Assembly (NCBI GenBank): GCA_965208885.1
Contig: CBDBPS010000002.1
Span: 1,879,538-1,943,537 of the forward strand
Reading direction: 5' to 3'
From: Dehalococcoidia bacterium
GTDB lineage: Bacteria; Chloroflexota; Dehalococcoidia; UBA2979
Length of the DNA: 64,000 nt
Shown: piece by piece, positions 8,713 to 17,249 of the stretch
How positions within the stretch are numbered: the first letter of the stretch is position 1
Layout of the letters: each line of letters starts with the position of its first letter
The notes under the pieces: generated by a model
Told to the model about the DNA's origin: nothing
What the model saw: only the letters and a program-made list of their open reading frames with translations
Database searches by the model: none
Made by a program: the position numbers and the translations under genes

Positions 8713-11700
8713 GGCTGGACGACGCGCGCGCTCACGGTAATCGTGACGGTGACGGTGGCCTGCGCGCCGGCCCGATCGATGGCGGTGATGGTCACTATGT
8801 GGTCGCTCCCAACCTCGAGCCCTGCGCTCGCGGCGACGGTGATCTGGGCCGTGTGGGGCTCGACCTCAAAGAAGCTGGAGCCGGAGAGCCGGTACGTCAG
8901 GACATCGCCCAGGAGGACGTCGCCCACGTCGACATCGGTGGCGGTCACCGGGGTGCCGACTGGCGTGCCTTCGGGGGCATGTTCGCTAACGCTCAGGGCA
9001 ATGTCGGACGCGGCGAACTCCGGCGGGTCGTTGACGGGGTTCACGGTCACGAAGACATCGGCGCTATCCGAGTGCGGCCCGGCGAAGACACGGTAGGTGA
9101 AACGGTCGACACCGTGGGTGTCGGCTGTCGGCTCATACGAGACCCGGTTGTCGGCAGTCACGGTCACGGAGCCGCTCTCCGGGTGGTTCGTGATTGAGAT
9201 CGTGAGCGGCGCGCCCTCCGGGTCGCGGTCGTTACCCAGGACATCGATGAGAGTGGGCCTGTCCTCTTGCGTTCTGGCAGTGTCGTCCTCCGCCATGGGC
9301 GGTTCGTCCACGTCGTCGATGGTAATGGTGACGAACGCGCTGTCGCTGGCGTTGGAGGAATCTGAGGCGGTGACAGTGACGAAGTAGGTGTCGCGGCCCT
9401 CGCGGTTGAGCATGGTTCCCACACCCACGCGGATCTGGCCGCTGTCGCCGTCGACGGCAAAGCTGCCGGCGTCGGCGCCCGAGAGCGTGTAGCTGGGCAC
9501 ATCGCCCGGGTCGGGGTCGGTCGCCTCCACGACCGCACCGACGGGGGTGCCGGCCGCCGAGTTCTCTGCCACCGAGCGGTCCTCGGTGGCGTTGGGGAAC
9601 GCAGGCGGGTTGTTGATGACGGGCGCAGCCTGGGTCCGGTTCATCGAGGCCACCTGCTTGTCCTTGCCGGAGCCGTGACCATCGGTGTAGTCGACCGTCA
9701 CGCGCAGGTAGTGGTTGAGGTCGGCGTCGAGAGGCGTATAGCGGCTGCCCGTGGCGCCCCCGATGGTGCTCCAGTTGCTGCGGTTCTGCGACCGCTCCCA
9801 CGTCCAGGACTGGCCGGAAATGTTCCCGTCAAGGTCGGCCAGCGTCGCCGTCAGTTCGGCGTCTACCTGCGGCTGCTGCGAGGAGAGGCTGAGCGTACCG
9901 GGCTCGTCGACGTTGGTGACATTGACGGTCACGTCGTGCTCCACGGTGTTGACGACGTCTCGGGCTTCGACGATGACTTCGTACGTGTTGTTCAGACTGG
10001 CGTCGGCGGGATCCTCGTAGTTGGGCGTGGAGTTGAAGCGGAGCACACCGTTGCTGAAGTTGAAGTCGCCGCTGTCGGGCCCGATCAGCCGCAGTGCGAC
10101 CGTGCCGCCCTCGGGATCGGTCGCGCTATAGGTGGCGATCGAGCCCGTAGCGTTCTCGTCGAAGTCCATGCTGTCAGGGCCCGTGACCTCCGGCGGCTCG
10201 TCCACGTCGGTGACCGCGACGGTCACGTCGAGCTTGCTGGGCAGGCCCCCGCTCTCCCTGTCCGAGGTGTTCACCGTGACCTGGTAGCGGTTGTCCCTGT
10301 TGCTGTCCGCCGGGATGTCTGCGTCCGGTGGGCTCTTGAAGCGCAGTTCCCTCGTGCATGGGTCCGTCCCATCGGTGAGTTCGAATTTGCTCGCGTCCGG
10401 CCCCGACAGGGCCCTCCAGGTGACCGCCTCTCCCTCCGGGTCGGTGGCTGTGTAGCAACCGAGGGAGACGTCGCTGTTCTCCGCGATGGTGACGTGGGCG
10501 AGGCCCGTGAGTAGCGGGGCCTCATCCACGTTCGTGACCTGGATCGTCACGGGGAGCTCGCTCTTGTTGACCCCATCACTGGCGGCGACCTCGAGGTGGT
10601 AGAGGCTGTCTTCGTTCGCATCGAGTGGCCGGTCGTGATCGGGAGGCAGGCGGAAGCTGAGTTCGCCGGAGGCATTGATCCGCAGCGCGTCCTTGTCTTC
10701 GTCGGCGCCCTCGACGGACCACGTAAGGGCGAGGCCTTCCGGATCGGTGGCCGTGTACGTCTCCAGCACGCCGGTGCTGTTCTCCGGCCGGGTGATGTGG
10801 GTGACGCCGTCGACGGTGAAGCCTTCGTTGACGTCGACAACGGTCACGGTGACCACGATGTCGTCGTCGATGGCGTCGTCGTTGTCGCCGTGCACATCAC
10901 GGCCGTCGCTGACGTTCACCGTGAGGGTGTGACTGGTCTGTTCCTCGTAGTCGAGGAGCCTGGTCAACTGCAGCCCGCCGGTCCGGCTGTCCAGGCTGAA
11001 GTAGTCGCTGGGAGCGCTCAGGGAGTAGGTCAAGAGGTTGCCATCGGGGTCCGTGGCCTCTACCGCGTCACCGGCCGCGCTATCCAGGGTCGTATCCTCG
11101 GACAGGCTGCGAGCGCCTGTCTCGCTCTCCGGGAATTTCGGGTCGGTATTCTGCAGATTGGGGGTTCCCGATACGGTCGCCGACCACGGGCTGTCGCCGG
11201 CGCTGTTGGTTGCGAGCACCTGCACGTCGTAGCCGATGCCGTTCTCCAGGCTGAGGATGTTGTACCGGTGCAGCCCGTCGCCGAGCGCCACGCCGGGGGT
11301 GGATGTGGCGCTCCAGTTGGCGTCGACGGCCTTCTCATCGACGGTGGCGTCGCTGCGAATGTGGCGCACCTGGTAGCCGCTGATGTCTGCGCCGCCGGTG
11401 AAGCCCGGTTCGCGCCACACAACCCCGAGCTCCTGGTGGCGGGGCGCGACCAGGGTGATGGCGGGCGCCGCCGACACTACCACCGCCGTGCCCTTGCTCT
11501 CGCTCGGCGACCAGGGCCCCGCGCCGGCGTCGTTGACCGCGCGGATACGCAGGTCGTACCAGGTACCGGCTGACAGGCCGGAGAGCTCGTAGCTCAGAGC
11601 GCCGCCGTCCGTCTCCCAGATGCCGGTCACTTCGGTCCAGTTGGTATCTGACTTGTCCGAGGCGGTGCTGGCGATGTAGCTCAGGTCGTAGCTCGTGATT

Positions 11701-14696
11701 TCCGACTCGCCGGTGTCACCCGCATTGGGCGCCTTCCACTCGGCCGTGAGGGATCCGTCTCCGGCCTCCACGTGGTCGATAAAGGGATAGCCGGGCGCGT
11801 AGCCATGCCCGTAGACGGTCAGGCTCCAGCCGCGCATTCGCCCGCGATTGCCGCTCTGCCTGTCAGTGACGCGTAGCGTCCACTCGCCTGCGGGATCCTC
11901 GCCCAGGAATCGCGCCGACCCCATCCTGAACTCCCCGTTGAGCGGCGCTTCTTGCGGTAGCACCAGGCCCAGGAATCTTGAATAGCCCTGCCCGTCGTTC
12001 ACCAACCTGGACACCGACCCGGAGGGCGACACCAGGTCGATATCGAGGTCCCTGAAGTCATCGTGGTTCATGTTGACCGTGATCGCGACGTACTCGACGA
12101 AGTCCACGAATCCGTCAACGGTCAATGACCGCGTGACCCTGGTGGAAGTGCCGTTGGAGGGGGCGTCAGGGATCGAGAAGGAAGAGCCCTGGTAGGTCGA
12201 GGTGGTCTTTCTCATCGAGGGAGCATTCGTCCAGCCATCGGCAAGGTCCACGGCCGCGGCCGCATCGACCATGCCGAAGCCGTACTCGTGGTTGAATGAG
12301 TACTTGTCGTCGTCCTCGGTGGCGCCGAACCTCAGCGCTCCCTCCCGCCAGCCGCTGTCACGTGGGTCGTTCTTCCTTGCGGACGCGGCCAGGATCAGCT
12401 TCACGTCCCGCCAGGTCAGGTCCGCGTTGACGGATCGCATCAAGGCGACAACGCCCGACACGACAGGGGCGGCAGCCGACGTCCCCCCGAAGTCCGCCGT
12501 CCAGCCGCCGTTGGTGGTGGTCGTTATTCCAGGGGTTGTTCCCCGGCCGTTGGATGGGCCGCACACCCACAGATTGGCGCCGTGCTCGGAATAGACGCTC
12601 CTCGTGTCCCTGTGGTCGACGGCGCAGACCGCGATGACACCGTAGTAATTGGCGCGCCCGTCGAGGTTGGATTCGTCCGTCCGTTCGGCCCCGTTGCCGG
12701 CCGCCCAGACGTAGGAGATGCCCTTCCCGCCGTACCCCTCATTGAGGCCGGTTTCGATCGAACTGATCCAGGTGCTGCGCGGACTCGTGGGGCTACCATT
12801 GTCGATGAACCCCCAACTGTTGTTGGAGACGGCTGTCTCCAACAGGTTGCGGGTCATCGCGTCCGCTATGGCGTCGTCGACCACGTCGAGCAGGAGGTCA
12901 TACGCGTACAGGGTCGCCCGTGGCGCGACGCCACGCACTCCGAGGTTGTTGTCACGGGCGGCTACCAGGCCGGCGACGGCGGTGCCGTGGGTTTCGTGCA
13001 GGTGAAGGACGTCCGAACCCTGGTAAGAGTGATTCCGCGTCTCATCAACGTTCTCACGCAGGTCCGGGTGTTCGTAGTACATCCCGTCGTCGACGATTGC
13101 GACATTGACACCCGCGCCCAGCGTGGTCTCCCAGGCTTCCTCGGCGTTGATGTCGAAGCCCGCGCCACCATCAAACTGGTCCGTGTTGTTCAGGTGCCAC
13201 TGGCATCCGTAGAACGTATCTTCCTGGGAGTGCTCGATGGGGAGGCACTCGTCGAGGAACGCTCGGCCTCGGTAGTTCTCGAGGAAATGGAGCGCGTACG
13301 TCTCGCTGGAGGATACCGTGGCGGTCACCCGGAAGTAGTGCGTTCCCGGAGCCAAATATCCCGTCACATCGAAAGCGCGGCCGGGATCGCGGAAGATTGA
13401 GACATAGGGAAGCAGGCCCCCAGTCTCGTTGCCGTCGTTGTCGACGAGTGTAATTTCGACATCCGGTTCGTCCCCCGCAACACCCTGAGCGTAGACCCTC
13501 GTCCAGCTCGGAGAAGTGACGACCATACGGTAATACTGGTGGTCGCTGGCGGAGGTGCTTTCTCCGGCGGTGAGGAAATGCACGCCCACCGGGGAGGCAG
13601 TCTCCGTCGTGGCGCCGGTACTCTCTACCGGATGCACGTGCAACGTGTACGACCCGGACCTGGCACGATAGCCTTTGATAATGATGTAGTATGTCCCGGG
13701 TTCAAGCACCCTGGTCATCATCGGACCCAGTATATTAGTCTCAATGTGTCCGTCATCGTTCTTGGCAATGTGCTCCAAGGATTCGGAAGTCGTGTCCCAG
13801 GAATAGAGATCCATCACCGTATCCACTTCTCCAGTGACGTACATCCATACTGTGGTTTTCTCGCTGAGCTCAAACTTAAAGTAGTTATGTTCAAGATCGT
13901 CTTTTGTACGGCCCGGTGTTGCGGTCCCCAGTTCCACCTCCGTTGCGTTTGCCGTGGAGTCACCCGGACTCGCTGCGCGGAGGTGGAGCGTATAGGGACC
14001 CGTCGCTGTGCCCTCGAAGCCACCTACCTCGACGTAATACGTCACCGGAACCGTCACATTCGCGGCTATCCGCAGCTCGAAGTTGAGCGGGTTGCCCGGG
14101 GCCACGGCGTCGTCTGCGGTGGTGTATGGAAGGCCAGGGTTGATTCGGAACGTGCCAACCGTGTCAGTCGGGCCGGTCGTGTAAATCAACATGTCGGCGG
14201 ACTCGGTGAGCGAGATCCTGAAGTAGTCCCTGTCATCCCCGGCGCCGATACGGCCGGGGATAGATCCGCCCAGGTCGATCACCGAGGCCGTGTCCCCCGA
14301 TCCGCCGTGGTCGTTCGTAGCCTCTGCGACCGCGTCCGACCACGCCCCCGGTCCGGTGGCGTTCAGCGCCCGTAGCTGCAGGTCGTAGCTGGTGTCTTTG
14401 GTCAACCCGCTGAGGACGTAGAAGAGTGCGTCCGCACTCCACACGCCTTCCTTCACCGTCCAGTCGTCGTCCCCCTTGCTTGTTGCGTCGCTCAGCACGT
14501 AGCGCAAGTCGTAACTGGTGATTGCCGAGCCGCCATCGCTGGACGGGGCGCTCCAGAGGACGGTCAGTGAGTCATCGCCGCTGCTCACCGTGGTGATGGT
14601 GGGCGCCCCGGGCGCCACCGCCTGCGCGCGGACGCCGGTCACCGACAACAGCCCCCAGAGTGCGAGGCACCCTGACAGCAGCGCCAGGCGCTTCAC
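7083..14696 (-). CDS. Giant secreted furin/kexin-like subtilase (S8 + P-domain) with FN3, three PPC-type domains, cadherin-like repeats and the conserved C-terminal module.
   Basis: The likely GTG start at 14696 overlaps the upstream stop as GTGA. The signal peptide reads (M)KRLALLSGCLALWGLLSVTGVRAQA. PPC motifs read DDRDYFRISL and DLEHNYFKFEL. The catalytic motifs VAIVDDGMYYEHPDL, HGTAVAGLVAARDN, SNNSWG and GTSAAAPVVSGVVAL align with furin. The P-domain reads FRDLDIDLVSPSGSVSRL. The C-terminal 540 aa match the other giant genes. Confidence 0.85.
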   Translation of the reverse strand: MKRLALLSGCLALWGLLSVTGVRAQAVAPGAPTITTVSSGDDSLTVLWSAPSSDGGSAITSYDLRYVLSDATSKGDDDWTVKEGVWSADALFYVLSGLTKDTSYDLQLRALNATGPGAWSDAVAEATNDHGGSGDTASVIDLGGSIPGRIGAGDDRDYFRISLTESADMLIYTTGPTDTVGTFRINPGLPYTTADDAVAPGNPLNFELRIAANVTVPVTYYVEVGGFEGTATGPYTLHLRAASPGDSTANATEVELGTATPGRTKDDLEHNYFKFELSEKTTVWMYVTGEVDTVMDLYSWDTTSESLEHIAKNDDGHIETNILGPMMTRVLEPGTYYIIIKGYRARSGSYTLHVHPVESTGATTETASPVGVHFLTAGESTSASDHQYYRMVVTSPSWTRVYAQGVAGDEPDVEITLVDNDGNETGGLLPYVSIFRDPGRAFDVTGYLAPGTHYFRVTATVSSSETYALHFLENYRGRAFLDECLPIEHSQEDTFYGCQWHLNNTDQFDGGAGFDINAEEAWETTLGAGVNVAIVDDGMYYEHPDLRENVDETRNHSYQGSDVLHLHETHGTAVAGLVAARDNNLGVRGVAPRATLYAYDLLLDVVDDAIADAMTRNLLETAVSNNSWGFIDNGSPTSPRSTWISSIETGLNEGYGGKGISYVWAAGNGAERTDESNLDGRANYYGVIAVCAVDHRDTRSVYSEHGANLWVCGPSNGRGTTPGITTTTNGGWTADFGGTSAAAPVVSGVVALMRSVNADLTWRDVKLILAASARKNDPRDSGWREGALRFGATEDDDKYSFNHEYGFGMVDAAAAVDLADGWTNAPSMRKTTSTYQGSSFSIPDAPSNGTSTRVTRSLTVDGFVDFVEYVAITVNMNHDDFRDLDIDLVSPSGSVSRLVNDGQGYSRFLGLVLPQEAPLNGEFRMGSARFLGEDPAGEWTLRVTDRQSGNRGRMRGWSLTVYGHGYAPGYPFIDHVEAGDGSLTAEWKAPNAGDTGESEITSYDLSYIASTASDKSDTNWTEVTGIWETDGGALSYELSGLSAGTWYDLRIRAVNDAGAGPWSPSESKGTAVVVSAAPAITLVAPRHQELGVVWREPGFTGGADISGYQVRHIRSDATVDEKAVDANWSATSTPGVALGDGLHRYNILSLENGIGYDVQVLATNSAGDSPWSATVSGTPNLQNTDPKFPESETGARSLSEDTTLDSAAGDAVEATDPDGNLLTYSLSAPSDYFSLDSRTGGLQLTRLLDYEEQTSHTLTVNVSDGRDVHGDNDDAIDDDIVVTVTVVDVNEGFTVDGVTHITRPENSTGVLETYTATDPEGLALTWSVEGADEDKDALRINASGELSFRLPPDHDRPLDANEDSLYHLEVAASDGVNKSELPVTIQVTNVDEAPLLTGLAHVTIAENSDVSLGCYTATDPEGEAVTWRALSGPDASKFELTDGTDPCTRELRFKSPPDADIPADSNRDNRYQVTVNTSDRESGGLPSKLDVTVAVTDVDEPPEVTGPDSMDFDENATGSIATYSATDPEGGTVALRLIGPDSGDFNFSNGVLRFNSTPNYEDPADASLNNTYEVIVEARDVVNTVEHDVTVNVTNVDEPGTLSLSSQQPQVDAELTATLADLDGNISGQSWTWERSQNRSNWSTIGGATGSRYTPLDADLNHYLRVTVDYTDGHGSGKDKQVASMNRTQAAPVINNPPAFPNATEDRSVAENSAAGTPVGAVVEATDPDPGDVPSYTLSGADAGSFAVDGDSGQIRVGVGTMLNREGRDTYFVTVTASDSSNASDSAFVTITIDDVDEPPMAEDDTARTQEDRPTLIDVLGNDRDPEGAPLTISITNHPESGSVTVTADNRVSYEPTADTHGVDRFTYRVFAGPHSDSADVFVTVNPVNDPPEFAASDIALSVSEHAPEGTPVGTPVTATDVDVGDVLLGDVLTYRLSGSSFFEVEPHTAQITVAASAGLEVGSDHIVTITAIDRAGAQATVTVTITVSARVVQPSTIVSFGGGGGGPSGPTPSTVDFEWNVTRDIDALAAANDTPTGMWSDGALLWLTQNGSGADDAVYAYDLATGERVEDREFELDDTNRAPRGVWSNGETAWVADSGQDRLFAYDLETGERDEEREIVLANGNRDARAIWSDGETVWVLNANPSLFVYDITSGALLGEYELADANSGPHGLWSDGVTVWVSDHTAKRLFAYRLPVPPEGEPPEEPPALERVRDEEFAELSSAGNNSPRGLWSDGAVMYVADESDGRVYTYNMPDAIDTRLASLSLSGVEFGEFSQLRYDYASETIPHGNIATLTAVPAQEGATVKIEPPDHDGDPENGHHVRLLPSLEVTITVTSPDGSRERVYRVALADVAEEQVTGPSASCLRGAVSVGFNLVVYEGGSIEDLVACAEGRHVTALYALHEGEFVSYILGAPEFVNRTFSRLFTAGVPVLTALTARSEGPPTPAAGGAVDVEAWPACLRGEIAAGFSLVLYAGGSVQDLAACAGETGVTALYALVGGEYVSYILGAPEFVNRGFSALFPDGLAAATPLVIKGD

Positions 14697-15772
14697 CGGG
14701 TCGTGGACTCGCGGCGCCAGTTGGGGCTGGAAATTGCGACGCCCTCCTGGCCTGCCAGGGCATTGGCAAGCTCCAGCGACGGCAGCCCCGGCGCGGTCTC
14801 CACGAAGAAGGCGTTGGCCGTGAACGACCGCTCCGAGATGCGGGTCTGCGCGATGCCGTTCGCCGAGAAGAAGCGGTCGACCTCGGACTCGCTCCACTCC
14901 GGGTCGAGGGCGAGCAGCACCCCACCCGGGAGCGTCATCAGCTCGCCCTCGGCGGAGAGGAACACAGGCTCGGTGTTGCTGGAGTGCTGCGCCTGCCTCA
15001 CGACGATGCCGGTGGAGTCGGCTGCGGGCTCTGCGACGACACCGGGGACCAGCCGCACCTGGCGCGTGTGTTCACCATCCTGCCAGGTGAACGCCGGGCC
15101 CTCATCCGCTAGCAGGGCCCTCACGACCGCCTGTTGCTCGGGGGCGGGCGTGGGGCTCCCCTTCGCCCGCGCATCGGAGTTGTCAGGGCCGCCCGATCCT
15201 CTGGCCTGGGCATTCTCGCCTTCGCTCGGAGGGGCCGGGCGCCCCTTGGGAGACACGGGCGGATCGGGTTTCGCCGCCGCGGGGCTCGGGACAGGGTCCG
15301 CTACAGTCGCGCCACTCTCGGGCGAGGGCGCCGCCGCGGGACTCGGAGCAGCATCCGGGGAAGACGTTGCCACCGGCGTTGCCGGCTCTTCGCGCGGGGC
15401 GGGTGTCGTCTCAGTCGCCGACGCTGGTGACAGCGGCCTCGCAGCTCCCTCGCCACGGACGGGCGTCACCTCTTCCCGGGGCTGTGCGGCGGGCGGGCTG
15501 GCATTGTTCTGAGCAGCCTCGTCGGGGGTGCTGCACCCCACTGCCGCCGCCATCCAGATCACTACGAAGCTGGCCGCAATCACGGCGGCGAGGTGGGCGA
15601 TGGGCCCACTTCTGTTGGCCTCCCGGGTGTCGTCGTGGCGAGCGCTCGGCCGGGGCGAAGCTGAGGACGCCCTTCGCGCGCGGTACGGCACCGTGAAGCG
15701 TCGCCCCACAGACACGGGCTCGCATCTCCCACCTGCAGAGTCGCTTCCCGGTGCTGTCCTTCCTGAGTCCAT
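14693..15772 (-). CDS. Putative lipoprotein with a Pro/Ala/Ser-rich linker and a C-terminal domain weakly reminiscent of a subtilase propeptide (I9-like). It is translationally coupled to the downstream subtilase.
   Basis: The hydrophobic stretch IAHLAAVIAASFVVIWMAAAVGC ends in a lipobox-like AVGC. A long PAPE/PSPA linker follows. The C-terminal ~150 aa end in ...NAFFVETAPGLPSLELANALAGQEGVAISSPNW. The stop TGA overlaps the GTG start of the 7083-14696 gene. The true start is uncertain and may be nearer 15700 or as far as 15862. Confidence 0.55.
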   Translation of the reverse strand: MDSGRTAPGSDSAGGRCEPVSVGRRFTVPYRARRASSASPRPSARHDDTREANRSGPIAHLAAVIAASFVVIWMAAAVGCSTPDEAAQNNASPPAAQPREEVTPVRGEGAARPLSPASATETTPAPREEPATPVATSSPDAAPSPAAAPSPESGATVADPVPSPAAAKPDPPVSPKGRPAPPSEGENAQARGSGGPDNSDARAKGSPTPAPEQQAVVRALLADEGPAFTWQDGEHTRQVRLVPGVVAEPAADSTGIVVRQAQHSSNTEPVFLSAEGELMTLPGGVLLALDPEWSESEVDRFFSANGIAQTRISERSFTANAFFVETAPGLPSLELANALAGQEGVAISSPNWRRESTTR

Positions 15773-16418
15773 AGTGGTGCTGTCCGGCTGATCAATCGCT
15801 GAGCGTGAGGGTCGCGCCCTTACCTTGCGCAAGGGGCGGTTCGCGCCGCCGGGCGCCCCCACGGATGAGGCGGATTTACGTGGCGTCGTGCGAGTCGGAA
15901 ACGGGGGTCGCCTGGCGGCTCTTCCAGGTCCTTACAAGCCGTTCGAGTGGAGGAGTGGTGCTGCAGGGTATGTCCGCGCACTTGGGTGGCGCCTCCAGCT
16001 GCGCTGTTGTGCCGGGGACTGCAGGGCGACCGCGAGGGCCATCCCACCAACAACTATTATCGCGGAGCGCGTGTGATGTATCTGTAAGGAATTGCGTGAT
16101 TAATATGTCCTGTAGTGTCAGTTTTGCATGATCTCCCCTGGAGTTGAGCCATGCCCGTCCGACGCCTGGGCATGGGCAACTCCCTCCTCGGTGGGAGTGC
16201 CCAAAAACTCGCATCCCTGCTGGACCAGGATTCGGGGTCAAGACCACCATGCCGCGACAGCGTGCTGGCCGACCGGTCGGAGATAACACGACTCAAAGAC
16301 AGCCCTGGCGGCCCAGGTCGCCATTGTCGAAGACAGCGACTACGACGCAGGCGCGACCCGGATCGCGGAACGCGTCGACGCCGACGTGTCGCCCACCCGG
16401 GCCCGCTCGGAGGAAGAG

Positions 16419-16775
16419 CTACTTCGCTTCTGGCACCTCGCGGCAATACAGCGGGACACCGGGGTGGGCCACACCGTGCTGTCTATCGCGAGCCTGCTGC
16501 AGAACCCCACTCGCGCGGCCCGGACGCGGGAGTCGTTCGAGACCGCTGCGCAGCGCATAGCTGCGAGCCTGGACTACCGGCTTGAGCAGCGAGGGGAAGT
16601 AGCTGCCATCGCGCAGCTTCGGGATGCCCAGTTCGATCGTGTCCACGCGCGTGTCCCAGCGCCTGGGCCGGTAGCCGTTGCGCCGCGTGAGCCGCGTCCC
16701 GCTGCGCTCGTCCAGGTCCGCTCCGTCCGCCTGCCTGAGCAGCAGTTCCAACAAGTCCACGTTCTCCTTGACCAC
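16419..16775 (-). pseudogene. IS256/mutator-family transposase N-terminal fragment (relic).
   Basis: RNGYRPRRWDTRVDTIELGIPKLRDGSYFPSLLKP matches the conserved RNGYRPREWDTR...IPKLRSGSYFP block of IS256-family transposases. The rest of the gene is absent or frameshifted. Confidence 0.6.
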
Positions 16776-16930
16776 CGTAGTCCTCCTCCACGTGACTCTT
16801 CTTCTTGTGAAGGATGGCGCGGTGGTCTCCTACGTCTACCTCCTGTGACACCACTTCCTGAGGCGCTACTGTGACCCGCGTTTCAGCGCGGGGCCAAGAC
16901 GGCGAAGATGCAGGAGCACTCCATCACAGG

Positions 16931-17045
16931 AGTTATACTACATCTCTCTCAAACAGGTCTCTTGCGACCACGTGCGACGAATCAATAGCGTTGCAAGATC
17001 GGTACTTTATAACCTTACCAGGCCTGCACTGGGTCACTAATCTTC
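16931..17045 (+). promoter_or_regulatory. Conserved AT-richer upstream element (copy 1), about 200 nt 5' of the 17250-27602 giant gene. Candidate promoter/regulator site.
   Basis: It aligns over ~100 nt with 28688-28790 upstream of the 29109 gene. Shared blocks are AGTTA.A.T.CATCTCTC, (T)AACGTTGCA.A..CGGTAC, TTA.AACCTT and CCTG.A.TG.GTCA.TA.TCTT. There is a partial third copy at 16085-16135. Confidence 0.45.
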
Positions 17046-17249
17046 CGCCCAGACATTCTGACTGGAAAACCGCCGTCGGTTCCGGCTCTCTTGCTTCGCC
17101 GACTGGAATGGTCTGGGGACGATCAGAATGGCGCACGCGTGGCCCTCCCGTGTGTTCCGACCGACTGCAACGCCTGCCCCGGCAACGATGCGAGGCCAGA
17201 CCGTCCGTCGCCCCGGCGGGCCTGGCTGCTCCAGGCCGGGGGGCTCACG

